A stretch of DNA of 64,000 bases, taken from IMG/VR virus record IMGVR_UViG_3300011912_000001; one strand, 5' to 3'. Shown piece by piece: positions 1 to 9,956 of this stretch (the stretch's first letter is position 1; every line of letters begins with the position of its first letter). The notes under the pieces are model-generated. The model saw only the letters and a program-made list of their open reading frames with translations. It had not been told where the DNA came from and did not search any database. Both the position numbers and the translations under genes were made by a program. The stretch comes from an uncultured virus (IMG/VR IMGVR_UViG_3300011912_000001). Its lineage: Duplodnaviria > Heunggongvirae > Uroviricota > Caudoviricetes.

Positions 1-2
1 TG

Positions 3-1100
3 CGCCACCTTCGTTTCCCAGAAAACGGAGTCTTCCAAAGCACTCCACTGAAAGTAGAAGGTCCAGCCAACTATGCGATTAATAAAGTGGCACTCGATGT
101 CATTGAAGTGTTACCGACAGGAACGGATATCTTCTATGAAGTCGCACTCGCTTCAGAGAATCCAGACTGGCGGGGCATCAGTCCATTGAAACGAGAGAAC
201 CCCGCTTTCCCTCAAATTGTAGATTTCCAAAACATCAGTCGAAGCAAACCGACGACGATGCAAATCGGAACGGACTTGTCCGTCAATCAATACGAACTCC
301 CAGAACTGAAAACGAATGGGATTAGTTTTTATAAGATTGGTGACGTCACCGGGCGTCAAATCATTGAAGGCTCAGAACGCCTATTCGTCGGACGGAATGC
401 ATGGGAATGCAAGTACTTCGAAGGAGCAATCGAAGAGGGGCATATTCCTAGTTTAGAAGACTGGAAGAACCCACTCAATGAAGTCAAGTTTGAGTACGAG
501 CAAATCGACGAGAGCCGCCGTAGCATGCTCTTTAAGAACAAGAAAGGTGTAGGTCCTGCTAACTACTACTGTCGTGCAGGAGTGCTCTATAATGGCGCAC
601 AGAGCATCATCACGATGACGCCGTCGACGACAGAACCGATTGCTGTCTACATCAACGGTGAAAAGATTTATGAAGGGATTGGCGCCGGGAAAGCCAATGC
701 TCAGTTCTTGCAAGGATGGAACGAAATCGTCGTCCTCGTCTACGGAGAAAACAAAGGAACGGTCAATGGGATGACGGTAGACTTAGGACTCGACTTACTA
801 CGAGAGTTCGAGAACATGTATATTTCACCGACACCGATGACAAAAGTGGAATTGTTCGACCTCCGTTTCAATACGAAGATAAGCGACCGGAGCCGCTACA
901 GCGTTCGCAAGACTGATACGAGCTATGAAGTGCTAATGAACTTTGCAGAGACGGGCTTGTTGTTTGACTTCTATTATGACTATGCGATTGATGGTAGCGA
1001 AGGCAGTAAGACGATTTTGTTACGGGCACGTTTCGTCAGAGAAGGGGACCAGACGGTACCGTCACCGGTCCTTAAAAAATACAGATTGCAATTCTCATAA
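3..1100 (+). CDS. Probable virion structural protein, 5'-truncated by the window edge
   Basis: Frame is open from position 3 through the track ORF 87..1100; beta-rich; first of three co-oriented genes before the holin. Confidence 0.55.
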   Translation, partial: RHLRFPENGVFQSTPLKVEGPANYAINKVALDVIEVLPTGTDIFYEVALASENPDWRGISPLKRENPAFPQIVDFQNISRSKPTTMQIGTDLSVNQYELPELKTNGISFYKIGDVTGRQIIEGSERLFVGRNAWECKYFEGAIEEGHIPSLEDWKNPLNEVKFEYEQIDESRRSMLFKNKKGVGPANYYCRAGVLYNGAQSIITMTPSTTEPIAVYINGEKIYEGIGAGKANAQFLQGWNEIVVLVYGENKGTVNGMTVDLGLDLLREFENMYISPTPMTKVELFDLRFNTKISDRSRYSVRKTDTSYEVLMNFAETGLLFDFYYDYAIDGSEGSKTILLRARFVREGDQTVPSPVLKKYRLQFS

Positions 1101-1112
1101 GGAGGAAACCAG

Positions 1113-1859
1113 ATGCGTTTAGAAAAGAAGCACCGTCATTCGATTGAAAAAAAGAATGCTCCTTATCGAGGAGTCAGCGGAAAAGAAGATTTTGTTAACG
1201 GTACGATGGAGGTCATTCACGACCTCCTCGATATCGCTAACATCTCAGGAGAAAAAGGACACCGTAAAGCCATCACCGACCGGATGGACTTACTGGTAGC
1301 AGGAGAAGAAGGGGAACTCAGTTCTCGTTTCTATCAGACCGGTAAGATTTGCCGGGTTGAAGAATCGAGATTCAATACCGATTTAACGACGTGGACGAAA
1401 GTCAACAACACAACGGTGACTAAAAATGGAAAGTCGTTCCTTGTCAGCGAACAAGGGTTACTCGACCCAGCAGGGCTTCGTCTGAGCGTCGGTGTCCAGC
1501 CGGGAGACATCTATATGCTGTCGATGAAGATACGCCCTGTTAGTGGCAAAATCAATGAACTATCGTGGGGCGCGAGTCGTATCAACCTAGGAAATAAAGA
1601 TATGGAAAAGATTGATTTAACAGGTAAATCATCTGGAGTTTATCTAGACAAAAGGTTATATTGCCAACATAGAGAGCAAATGGAAATCGCCTTGTACTTG
1701 CATGACCTTCCGACGGCATTGGCGGCGACGGCAGTGGAGATTTCTGATTTTCATATCTATAAAGTCTATGAAGAAGAGATTAGTTTGAAGGGACTCGAAG
1801 TGGAGTCCAAGGTCGAATTAGAAGAAATGTCACAAATGATAAAATCATTGAAACAGTGA
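1113..1859 (+). CDS. Probable virion structural protein
   Basis: AAGGAGG RBS; N-terminal YRGVSGKEDF resembles YRGPSSSTEF of the next gene; position before lysis genes. Confidence 0.5.
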   Translation: MRLEKKHRHSIEKKNAPYRGVSGKEDFVNGTMEVIHDLLDIANISGEKGHRKAITDRMDLLVAGEEGELSSRFYQTGKICRVEESRFNTDLTTWTKVNNTTVTKNGKSFLVSEQGLLDPAGLRLSVGVQPGDIYMLSMKIRPVSGKINELSWGASRINLGNKDMEKIDLTGKSSGVYLDKRLYCQHREQMEIALYLHDLPTALAATAVEISDFHIYKVYEEEISLKGLEVESKVELEEMSQMIKSLKQ

Positions 1860-1871
1860 GGAGGGATTGTC

Positions 1872-3113
1872 ATGGAATTACAAAGTATGAAAAATCGAAA
1901 CTTGTATCGAGGCCCTAGTAGCTCGACCGAATTCAACCAACGCATGAACGACTTGCATGTGGACTTGGCACGTATCTATGACTATGTCAACGAGAACGAA
2001 GAACAACTCCAAAAAAGCACAGACGTCTTGCTCCGGGAATATCAGTTTAATCAAAACTTGGTGGAGGAATTACGCCGGGAACTCGAAGAAGTCAAAGCGA
2101 CACAAGTCAGCTTACTTGCAGGAGAACAAAAAGGAAAGATGGTGCGCACGTTTTACAATCCGAACGTCGTCAAGGACGGCAACGAAAAGAAGCAAGTCTT
2201 CTTGGATTTAGATTATGGCGTCATCACGCCGAACGTCTCTGATATCAGTTCGAAGGTTTCGTTCGTCACCGATAGTGGCAACGTCGTCGTCAGTTCGAAG
2301 ATGGATATGTTTGTTCGAGAATCGAATAACACACAACCGTATGACGAGGAAGCGCAAGACTACGTTTACTATGATGTCGACAGCAATGGCTTCGAAGAGA
2401 TGGTCGATAAACAAAAGAGCACATACTGGCTTCGTTCTGTTCGGTACCCAAATGGCAGTGGCGTACAAAAAGTATTCGGTGAAGTACATATCAAATTAGC
2501 AACAGACTTATTGACGAATCTCTATGCGAATGCATTGACGATTCGCCCCTTCCCTGAAAATTCAATGACTATCACGGATATTCATGTGAAGAGCCTTGGA
2601 AACCAATGGAGTCGTTTAGAAAACTTCCCTGTCTTGGAAGATGGTGAGACCCCGATTCCAATTGAACAAGCAAAGAAAATGATGTTCTCGTTCGGACGTC
2701 GGGAGATTGCTGAAGTCAAGATTCGGTTTGAACAACCGTATTGGTTTGAAGCCGATAACATGCGGGAGTTTACATATGGGTTCCAAGACATTGATTTGGA
2801 GTATCGTGGATACACAGAAAATGAGTGCGAGTTCGTCACAACCTATGAACTCACAGGCACGAAACGCTTTGCTCAAATTGAAAAACCAGTCGTGTATGCG
2901 GCAGATGGCACGTTGCTTGACGTCGATGGACTGGTCACCCACGAATTGTATTATGACAAAGGGATGGCTTCCCAGTTTGAATTCGGAAGCACCATCTTGG
3001 CGCCATTGCAAAAAGTCTATGTAAAGACGAAAGTCAAACGTGAGGGAGAACGTGTGCCGGTATTAAAACGCTTAGAGCTCAACTACCGGTTCAAAGATAC
3101 GAACGAAGTATAA
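1872..3113 (+). CDS. Probable virion structural (baseplate/tail-associated) protein
   Basis: 413 aa, GGAGG RBS, N-terminal coiled coil then beta-rich body; function inferred from context. Confidence 0.5.
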   Translation: MELQSMKNRNLYRGPSSSTEFNQRMNDLHVDLARIYDYVNENEEQLQKSTDVLLREYQFNQNLVEELRRELEEVKATQVSLLAGEQKGKMVRTFYNPNVVKDGNEKKQVFLDLDYGVITPNVSDISSKVSFVTDSGNVVVSSKMDMFVRESNNTQPYDEEAQDYVYYDVDSNGFEEMVDKQKSTYWLRSVRYPNGSGVQKVFGEVHIKLATDLLTNLYANALTIRPFPENSMTITDIHVKSLGNQWSRLENFPVLEDGETPIPIEQAKKMMFSFGRREIAEVKIRFEQPYWFEADNMREFTYGFQDIDLEYRGYTENECEFVTTYELTGTKRFAQIEKPVVYAADGTLLDVDGLVTHELYYDKGMASQFEFGSTILAPLQKVYVKTKVKREGERVPVLKRLELNYRFKDTNEV

Positions 3114-3133
3114 GGGGAGGACATTTAAAAAAG

Positions 3134-3673
3134 GTGGGTGTCCTCATGAAATGGTATGACAAATTGTTTGGATGGCTCTATGCAGGAGGCGAGACTTCTT
3201 TATTTATTAAAGGGGCCCTCGTCTTCTTGATTGGGCCCTTCGATGACAAGATGAAAGGACTCATTATTTTCATCTTCATCGACTTGGTACTTGGGATTAA
3301 CGCCGCCAAGAAGCTCATGATATTCACGTGGCGTGAACTAGCCGTCAAGATGCAAAAGAAACTCATCGTCTATGCGTGCTGGATAGTGATGTTTAACATC
3401 CTCGATAAGATTCTAGGATTACCCGGTGCCGCACGTAACGCCATCATTCTTGTTTTAATTGCAATGGAACTATTCTCTGCAAGTAAGAACACAGCGAAGA
3501 TGGGGTATGGTCGATTAGCAAAAATCATGGAAAATCTTTACCTGACTTTCATGCAAGGTACCGGTATCCCAATGGATGAAATCAATGCCGAACGTCAGAA
3601 AGAAGAAGAAAAGAAAGATAAGCCGGAAGAAACAAAAGAGGACGAGGGCGGCAAAAGAGGTGGATTGTCGTGA
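3134..3673 (+). CDS. Holin (phage holin family 4-like)
   Basis: About 3 TM segments, IFIDLVLG and ELFSASKN motifs, charged C-terminus, upstream of endolysin. Confidence 0.75.
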   Translation: MGVLMKWYDKLFGWLYAGGETSLFIKGALVFLIGPFDDKMKGLIIFIFIDLVLGINAAKKLMIFTWRELAVKMQKKLIVYACWIVMFNILDKILGLPGAARNAIILVLIAMELFSASKNTAKMGYGRLAKIMENLYLTFMQGTGIPMDEINAERQKEEEKKDKPEETKEDEGGKRGGLS

Positions 3674-4239
3674 AAAAGAAACTCAGTCAAAAACAATTAG
3701 AGATTGTCATTGCCTTAATCTTCAGTGTCGGCATACTTATCCTGTCCAACTTGGAACTGGTGTATGTCGAGATTGGACATAACCGATTCTTGGACTTAGT
3801 GGCGATTCCCGCTGTCTTCGCCTTTATGATTGGCGGACCATTCATTGCATTGCCAGTAGCAGTCGCATGGGGCATCATTGTCTATTTCCAAATTCCGATT
3901 GATACGAAATATAGTTTAGCATCGGTCATCATCATCAAAGTCATCTTTGCTTCCAGTTGTTGGTATATCTACCAATGGACAAAACGCATCTTCCCGGGCT
4001 CCCCGCACAATGTTTACTGGGCGATTATCGGAGGAGAGATTGTTCGCTGGACAGCATCAACGACTATCATTAGTACAAGTACACATATGAATCGATTCAT
4101 TGACCCGGTCACATACATCGGGTTTGCACTAGAAACCACGCTTTGCTTGATTGCCATGTTCATGATAGTCGAGAAACTACGGCAAGTGCATATTCTCAAT
4201 GGCATCCGTCGGAAACAAAAACAAAAACAATCGAAATAA
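3670..4239 (+). CDS. Multi-TM membrane protein resembling an ECF transporter S component
   Basis: About 5-6 TM segments; LDLVAIPAVFAFMIGGPFIALPVAVAWG resembles the S-component iP...GP...G pattern. Confidence 0.45.
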   Translation: MKKKLSQKQLEIVIALIFSVGILILSNLELVYVEIGHNRFLDLVAIPAVFAFMIGGPFIALPVAVAWGIIVYFQIPIDTKYSLASVIIIKVIFASSCWYIYQWTKRIFPGSPHNVYWAIIGGEIVRWTASTTIISTSTHMNRFIDPVTYIGFALETTLCLIAMFMIVEKLRQVHILNGIRRKQKQKQSK

Positions 4240-4418
4240 ATACATAACAGAGACTACGGAAGGTGAGAGGAGTCCGATAGCATCATCCCGTTGGTGGGCA
4301 TGGCTACATAAAAAATTAGATGCGTGCACAAGCACGTGACCATGGATGCTTTACCTTTGATGGGTTAGACCTACTAACTACCGCTACATCAAAGAGTTCA
4401 CATAAGGAGGTAGATTAA

Positions 4419-5246
4419 ATGTTTAAGATTACCAAAAAACATTTAAAAGGGAATCCGTATACACGTCCCGGCAAAAAACTCAACAAGGTTAAAGGCATCG
4501 TCATTCACTGGACAGCCAACGTGAGTGCCGGTGCGGACGATGAAGCCCACTTCCGCTACTTCAATGGGAATGCGATTACAGCGAAGTCTTATGCGTCTGC
4601 ACACTACTTCGTTGACCAAGATTCAATTCTTGAAGTCGTTCCCCCAACTGAGATGGCGTATCACGTCGGTGCCGTTCGCTATCGAACAAATCGTTTAGGA
4701 GCCTATCCGAACGATTGCACGATTGGTGTCGAGACATGCGTAAACGTCAAGGGCGCTGGCTTTAAAACCGCCATCGACCAAAGCGCACAATTGTGTGCGA
4801 AGTTGCTGAAAGACCACGGACTGGGCATCACAGATTTGTACCGTCACTATGATGTCACTGGGAAAGACTGTCCTCGTTACTTTGTCGATAATACGACAGC
4901 AAAACAATTTGGATATAAAGATGCGGCATCCGCTTGGGCAGAGTTCAAGGCGCTTGTCAGTTCTTATCTGAATAAGAAACCGACGACGGCAACGAAGGTC
5001 AAAGCCGCTGTCAAAAAAGTTGTACCGAAAAAGAAAAAGACTTATGTACAAGTCACATACCCGGGCGCACTTGCGATTCGGGAAAAGGCGGACTTCAACG
5101 CTCCGGCGAAGACACATGCAAAACGCAATGAAGTCTTTACCGTAGATAAAAAAGTGAAGTCCAAACAAGGGGTATACATGTACAAACTCGTTTCTGGGTT
5201 GTATATCACCGCAAGCAAAGATTACGTCAAAACATTCACGAAGTGA
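4419..5246 (+). CDS. Endolysin, N-acetylmuramoyl-L-alanine amidase (Amidase_2) with C-terminal SH3-like wall-binding domain
   Basis: IVIHWTAN, SAHYFVD, AYHVG, RHYDVTGKDCP zinc-amidase motifs. Confidence 0.93.
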   Translation: MFKITKKHLKGNPYTRPGKKLNKVKGIVIHWTANVSAGADDEAHFRYFNGNAITAKSYASAHYFVDQDSILEVVPPTEMAYHVGAVRYRTNRLGAYPNDCTIGVETCVNVKGAGFKTAIDQSAQLCAKLLKDHGLGITDLYRHYDVTGKDCPRYFVDNTTAKQFGYKDAASAWAEFKALVSSYLNKKPTTATKVKAAVKKVVPKKKKTYVQVTYPGALAIREKADFNAPAKTHAKRNEVFTVDKKVKSKQGVYMYKLVSGLYITASKDYVKTFTK

Positions 5247-5261
5247 GAGGAATTTGCATAC

Positions 5262-5894
5262 ATGGCAGAAAAAGCGATTTTACCATTAAACCAAGCACGG
5301 ATTACAGCAGGATATAAGAACCCCGCTTACAAAGCATCAATGGGGTTTGGGCACTTCGGTATTGATATGGCAGACGACAATCGGGTCGAACTCGATGTCT
5401 ATGCACCATTCAAGTTTAAGGTCACGCACGCGGGCTACGATAACTTGATGGGGAATACCATCATCGGAGTCAGTGTCAACAACGTCGATGTGCACTACGG
5501 TCCAAAGGTAGGGGAGCGGCGTCTCGTCATTCGCATGGCTCACTTGGCGAAAATCAATGTCAAGGTCGGCGACATCGTTGAGCCTGAAGGAGCGGCCATT
5601 GCCCTCTATGGTTCAACAGGGACGTACGGCGGAAGCCCACACCTTCACGTTGAAATCGATTCTGATATCAACTATCCAAACTATTCGCCTACACTTTCAG
5701 GTAGTTCGAACATTTGGAAAGCGGGAACTGACTCGACGATTCATCCAATGAACGTCTTCAAAGTCGATGCCGCTGGTGCCCGTGGTCTTGCTCAAAAGTT
5801 CTATTATGAACTTGATAGCGGGAACTGGGTCCTTGCAGATGACAAAGAAACATTGACGTATGCAGGAGCATTCATTGCCGCTAAAGGAATTTAA
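5262..5894 (+). CDS. M23-family peptidase
   Basis: HFGID (HxxxD) and PHLHVE (HxH) motifs. Confidence 0.88.
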   Translation: MAEKAILPLNQARITAGYKNPAYKASMGFGHFGIDMADDNRVELDVYAPFKFKVTHAGYDNLMGNTIIGVSVNNVDVHYGPKVGERRLVIRMAHLAKINVKVGDIVEPEGAAIALYGSTGTYGGSPHLHVEIDSDINYPNYSPTLSGSSNIWKAGTDSTIHPMNVFKVDAAGARGLAQKFYYELDSGNWVLADDKETLTYAGAFIAAKGI

Positions 5895-5900
5895 TGCACC

Positions 5901-5929
5901 GGGGGAAGCTTCGGCTTCCCTCTTTTTTT
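5901..5929 (+). terminator. Intrinsic terminator
   Basis: GGGAAGC-TTCG-GCTTCCC hairpin followed by a T tract. Confidence 0.8.
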
Positions 5930-5946
5930 ATGAAAGGGATGATGCA

Positions 5947-6384
5947 ATGTTCGGATTGGAAAAATTAGCACATGATTTAGGATGGAGTACGCAAATGGTA
6001 GCGGTTGTAGGATATGCGATGCTATTGGCTGTGACGATTGGCGCTAAAGTGTTATTAGAAATCAAGAACAAGGATTTAGCATGGAACGACATCCCCGGTT
6101 TCTTGGTCACGGTTGGGCGCTATGTTGTCTTTCTTCTGGGACTCGAAGCTGTCGGCATGATTTTTGGGTTGAATAAAGAGATGAAAGAAATGTTTAACAT
6201 CTTACAAGTCATCGGTTTCGCTGGATGTACGTACCATTGCTTCCGTCATCTGGTTGCAACTGTCGGATTGTTAGGTCTGGATATGAAAGCGTTCAACAAA
6301 AAACTAGATGAAATCGACCCCCCAACAGAAGATGCCCCATTTGATGAAAAACGAAAAGAAGAAGCAAAGGAGAACAACCAATGA
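5947..6384 (+). CDS. Holin-like membrane protein
   Basis: Start reassigned to MFGLEK after the terminator and an RBS; about 3 TM segments, charged tail. Confidence 0.55.
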   Translation: MFGLEKLAHDLGWSTQMVAVVGYAMLLAVTIGAKVLLEIKNKDLAWNDIPGFLVTVGRYVVFLLGLEAVGMIFGLNKEMKEMFNILQVIGFAGCTYHCFRHLVATVGLLGLDMKAFNKKLDEIDPPTEDAPFDEKRKEEAKENNQ

Positions 6385-6788
6385 AAGAAGTAGCAGAGTG
6401 GGCGTTAGAACCCTTGAATGTCACGGTCGCGGCGTTCATCGTCGCCATCGTCATCGGAACAGCGGCAAAGCTTATCTATGACATGATGAAGACGACACCT
6501 AGTATGGGTGGTCACCTGAATGGCATTTCAAAGATTAAGCTATGGAAGTTGATTAAACCTGTTATTGTCAAAGGCTATGTAGAGGTAGAAAACATTCTAA
6601 AAGATAACGACCTCACCTACGAAGAAGTAGAAGAGATTGTCATGACAAAACTAATGGTAATGATTCGTGCGGCAAAGTTTTTGAAAGCAGAACAAAAAGA
6701 AGTCCTGACAGAAGACATCGTCCGGGCGTGGATACGTCCTTCGCTGAAAGTCTTTTATAAGGAAGTCAAAGAACGAAAAGCAAAATAA
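6381..6788 (+). CDS. Single-TM protein, possible holin or lysis accessory
   Basis: N-terminal TM segment, AAAGGAG RBS, overlaps the previous stop. Confidence 0.45.
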   Translation: MKEVAEWALEPLNVTVAAFIVAIVIGTAAKLIYDMMKTTPSMGGHLNGISKIKLWKLIKPVIVKGYVEVENILKDNDLTYEEVEEIVMTKLMVMIRAAKFLKAEQKEVLTEDIVRAWIRPSLKVFYKEVKERKAK

Positions 6789-6800
6789 TAGAAATATAGG

Positions 6801-6831
6801 AAGGCATCTCTTTTGAAGAGGTGCTTTTTTC
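6801..6831 (+). terminator. Intrinsic terminator
   Basis: GGCATCTCTT/AAGAGGTGCT hairpin plus T tract. Confidence 0.7.
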
Positions 6832-6925
6832 AATGAATCGTCATTATTTAAAAGGTTTTGGGACTTGTTGTGAAAGAGTGAACATAGGAGAATAGAGATA
6901 CACATGACAGAAGGAGGAAGATGAA

Positions 6926-8734
6926 ATGGAGAAAATGGATTCAATCCGATTATTCGCCAGAAAATTAATGACCGAAGGAGATAGGGAGAATGCGAACAAG
7001 GATGCGAGGCTGAACTCGACGAAGCAAGCGTTGCTGTCAGAGCGGACGATGAAAGAACTTTATATCGAGGGTTTGAAAAAGGAATGGGTGGAAGCACATG
7101 ACCAAGGGTATATCCATATCCATGACCTAGGAAGCCGATTCCTGAACTCGCACAACTGCAACCTGTTCAGAATGGGAAAGGTTCTTGAAGGAGGGTTTGA
7201 ACTAAACGGTGTTCGCTATAAAGAGCCCTCGGGCGTTCAGACAGCCATGAATGTGGCTTCGGACATCATCCTCTCGGCGTCGGCACAACAGTATGGAGGA
7301 TTCAGCGTCAGCGAGGTGGACACCCTCTTCTCGAAATATGCGGAACGTACATATGAGAAAGCATACCGCTATTTCATGGAAGAGACAGGGGACATGGAGG
7401 TTGCAGAACGGTTGGCGGAGAAATCGACGCTTCGAGAAATCGAACAGGGGTACCAAGCATTGGAGACGAAATTAAACACGATATCGAATGCACTCGGACA
7501 AACACCTTTCGTGACCATTAGTTTCGGACTTGACACGACAAGATGGGGACGAGAGGTCACACGTGTGATATTGGAGACAAGGCTTCATGGGCTCGGGGAG
7601 ACGCGGACGACAGCGGTGTTTCCAAAACTGGTGTTTCTTCATCGAAAAGAGATTGCGGATGGCGTAAACAAAGACCTGAAACAGTTGGGTGTTCGTTGTT
7701 CGGCGAAAAGGCTTTATCCCGATTGGTTGTCGCTCGACGAGGGATATATGAAAGAAGTGTATGAGCGGAGCGGGGAGGCTATCACTCCAATGGGATGTCG
7801 GGCGTTCCTATCGCCATTCAAGGACGGGGAGCAGGAGATTTACCAAGGAAGGGCGAACGTCGGGGCGGTGACATTGAATCTTCCGTTGATAGCGTTAGAA
7901 ACGAAAGATGAGTCGACCTTTCTAGAGAAGATAGAGCATTATGCGGAGATGGTGTTCGCCATCCATCGGATGACCTATGAGCGGGTGTCGAAGACGAAAG
8001 GCATGACCAACCCTCTGTTCTATTGTGAAGGCGGAGCATGGAAGAGCGTGGGGTACGAAGAGGAAATCGGAGATATCGTTAAAGGATTTACGGCCTCTCT
8101 CGGATATATCGGGCTCGAAGAGACGGTGCAAGCACTATATGGCGGAAGCCTCGAAGAACATATCGAGAAGGGAACACGTATCGTGACCTTCTTGAAAGAG
8201 CTCGTGGAAGAGAAGAAACAAGAAGACGGGTATCTGTATGCCTTGTATGCGACACCCGGCGAGAGCCTTATCGAACGGTTCCAGCGCATCAACAGGTCGA
8301 GATATGGGATAGTGAAGGGGGTCACGGACAAAGAATATATGTCCAACAGCTTCCATCAGCATGTCACGAAGAGACATGTCGCCCCAAGGAAGATGTTATT
8401 AGAGAAACCGATGTTCGATTTGTCGACGGGAGGACGCATCCAGTACTGTGAGTTTCCTCATAACATCGATGCTAAGGCTTTGGGCCAGAACATTGACTTC
8501 GCGATGCGGCTCGGCTTCTACCATGGTGTCAACATCGAGGCCTCGACCTGTCAGGAATGTGGGCACCAAGGAGAGTTCGAGAGCTGTACGAGATGTGGGA
8601 GCCACGACGTGACGACCGTGAACCGGTGTTGTGGGTATCTGTCCTATGCGAAGGTCAAAGGGAATACTCGATACAATGAAGGGAAGAAAGCGGAAATCAG
8701 AGACCGTGTGGACCATGAATTGGAGGGTTTATGA
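6926..8734 (+). CDS. nrdD: Anaerobic (class III) ribonucleotide reductase, no ATP cone
   Basis: HIHDL, FPKLVF, PMGCR, YATPGESL, CxxC..CxxC and RCCGYL glycyl-radical motif. Confidence 0.95.
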   Translation: MEKMDSIRLFARKLMTEGDRENANKDARLNSTKQALLSERTMKELYIEGLKKEWVEAHDQGYIHIHDLGSRFLNSHNCNLFRMGKVLEGGFELNGVRYKEPSGVQTAMNVASDIILSASAQQYGGFSVSEVDTLFSKYAERTYEKAYRYFMEETGDMEVAERLAEKSTLREIEQGYQALETKLNTISNALGQTPFVTISFGLDTTRWGREVTRVILETRLHGLGETRTTAVFPKLVFLHRKEIADGVNKDLKQLGVRCSAKRLYPDWLSLDEGYMKEVYERSGEAITPMGCRAFLSPFKDGEQEIYQGRANVGAVTLNLPLIALETKDESTFLEKIEHYAEMVFAIHRMTYERVSKTKGMTNPLFYCEGGAWKSVGYEEEIGDIVKGFTASLGYIGLEETVQALYGGSLEEHIEKGTRIVTFLKELVEEKKQEDGYLYALYATPGESLIERFQRINRSRYGIVKGVTDKEYMSNSFHQHVTKRHVAPRKMLLEKPMFDLSTGGRIQYCEFPHNIDAKALGQNIDFAMRLGFYHGVNIEASTCQECGHQGEFESCTRCGSHDVTTVNRCCGYLSYAKVKGNTRYNEGKKAEIRDRVDHELEGL

Positions 8735-9240
8735 TGCGTTACAGCCATATAGACACTTATGATTTTGATAATGGGCCGGGTGTGCGGGTGGTCCTATGGA
8801 CACAGGGCTGTCCACACCGATGTTTCGGATGCCATAATCCCCATACGTGGAAAGAAGAGGCGGGGCGAGTCTTCTCGGAACAGGAAAGGATGTTCATCTG
8901 GGAGAAGTTGAACGAATATGTAGAGAAAGATTTCTCGGTGCTGGGAGGCGAACCGTTGGCTCCCTATAATCGGGAGGGTGTGTGCTCATTACTAAAATGG
9001 CTAAAAGAAAAAAGACCCGGTCTCGACGTCTGGGTCTGGACCGGGTATCGGTATGAGGAAATACAGGAGCTGGAAGCCATGCAGTATATCGACGTGCTCG
9101 TGGACGGGCCGTTTTCGATGGAGGAAATAGACCTGTCGTTCCGATGGAAGGGGTCGTCGAACCAACGAGTCATTGACATGAAAAGGACGCGTAGGAGCAA
9201 CGCGATAATGTTGCATGAAGAGAATGAGAGAAGGAAATAG
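8731..9240 (+). CDS. nrdG: Class III RNR activase (radical SAM)
   Basis: NGPGVR, CPHRCFGC (CxxxCxxC), GGEPL, GSSNQR. Confidence 0.95.
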   Translation: MMRYSHIDTYDFDNGPGVRVVLWTQGCPHRCFGCHNPHTWKEEAGRVFSEQERMFIWEKLNEYVEKDFSVLGGEPLAPYNREGVCSLLKWLKEKRPGLDVWVWTGYRYEEIQELEAMQYIDVLVDGPFSMEEIDLSFRWKGSSNQRVIDMKRTRRSNAIMLHEENERRK

Positions 9241-9286
9241 AGAACACAGATAAAAATGCTCCCGTCAATAATCTATCGATTCCATA

Positions 9287-9322
9287 ATCCCCTTCTGTCT
9301 ATGACAGAGGGGTTTATTTGTT
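9287..9322. terminator. Terminator between convergent blocks
   Basis: CCCTTCTGTC-TAT-GACAGAGGGG hairpin. Confidence 0.65.
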
Positions 9323-9585
9323 TACATGTAATCATCCAAGTCTTCGGCAGTTGTTTCACTCTCTGCTAAAATGATTTCACGAGAAGTGACGAACCCTGTT
9401 TCAATCAGACGTGCGACATCGAGTCGTCCGCGTTGATACATGTTCGTCAAGTGAAAGCAAAGCTCTGCCGCCGGCAATTCATCCACATAACTTTCTACTT
9501 TTTGCCCGAAGACATAAACTTCGAAGACATCCGTTTCAGGGTTATGCAAGACTTGGGATACATTGTTTACATCGATAGATTCCAT
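9322..9585 (-). CDS. Hypothetical protein
   Basis: GGAGG RBS, contiguous minus-strand operon. Confidence 0.6.
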   Translation of the reverse strand: MESIDVNNVSQVLHNPETDVFEVYVFGQKVESYVDELPAAELCFHLTNMYQRGRLDVARLIETGFVTSREIILAESETTAEDLDDYM

Positions 9586-9589
9586 CGTG

Positions 9590-9940
9590 TTATTCCTCCT
9601 GTAGCTCGTTCTTGATGCTCACAGAAAACATATTTCGTCCAATGAAATCATAGAACAGAACGAGACATTCATTATTGTCATAGTTGAATATTTTATATTT
9701 GGTTGGTGTACCGCTTTTGTTCATCATGAATACAAAATGTCGTGTCCACTCATAGAGCATGGAATAAAAACAAGAAAACGTCGGGATAGCTTTTTGGTTC
9801 ATCTCCATGTTCTTGCGAATATATTGAATATAATCTTCTTGTACATGGCGCTTGTTTTCAATCGCCATTTTTGTAGACAAGGGTATCTCTTCATCACGAA
9901 GGTAACGGATGTCGTGATGAGAGATAGATTTTGGGTCCAT
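9590..9940 (-). CDS. Hypothetical protein
   Basis: Start MDPKS after AAAGGAGG. Confidence 0.6.
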   Translation of the reverse strand: MDPKSISHHDIRYLRDEEIPLSTKMAIENKRHVQEDYIQYIRKNMEMNQKAIPTFSCFYSMLYEWTRHFVFMMNKSGTPTKYKIFNYDNNECLVLFYDFIGRNMFSVSIKNELQEE

Positions 9941-9956
9941 CAACGGAAGTCCTCCT

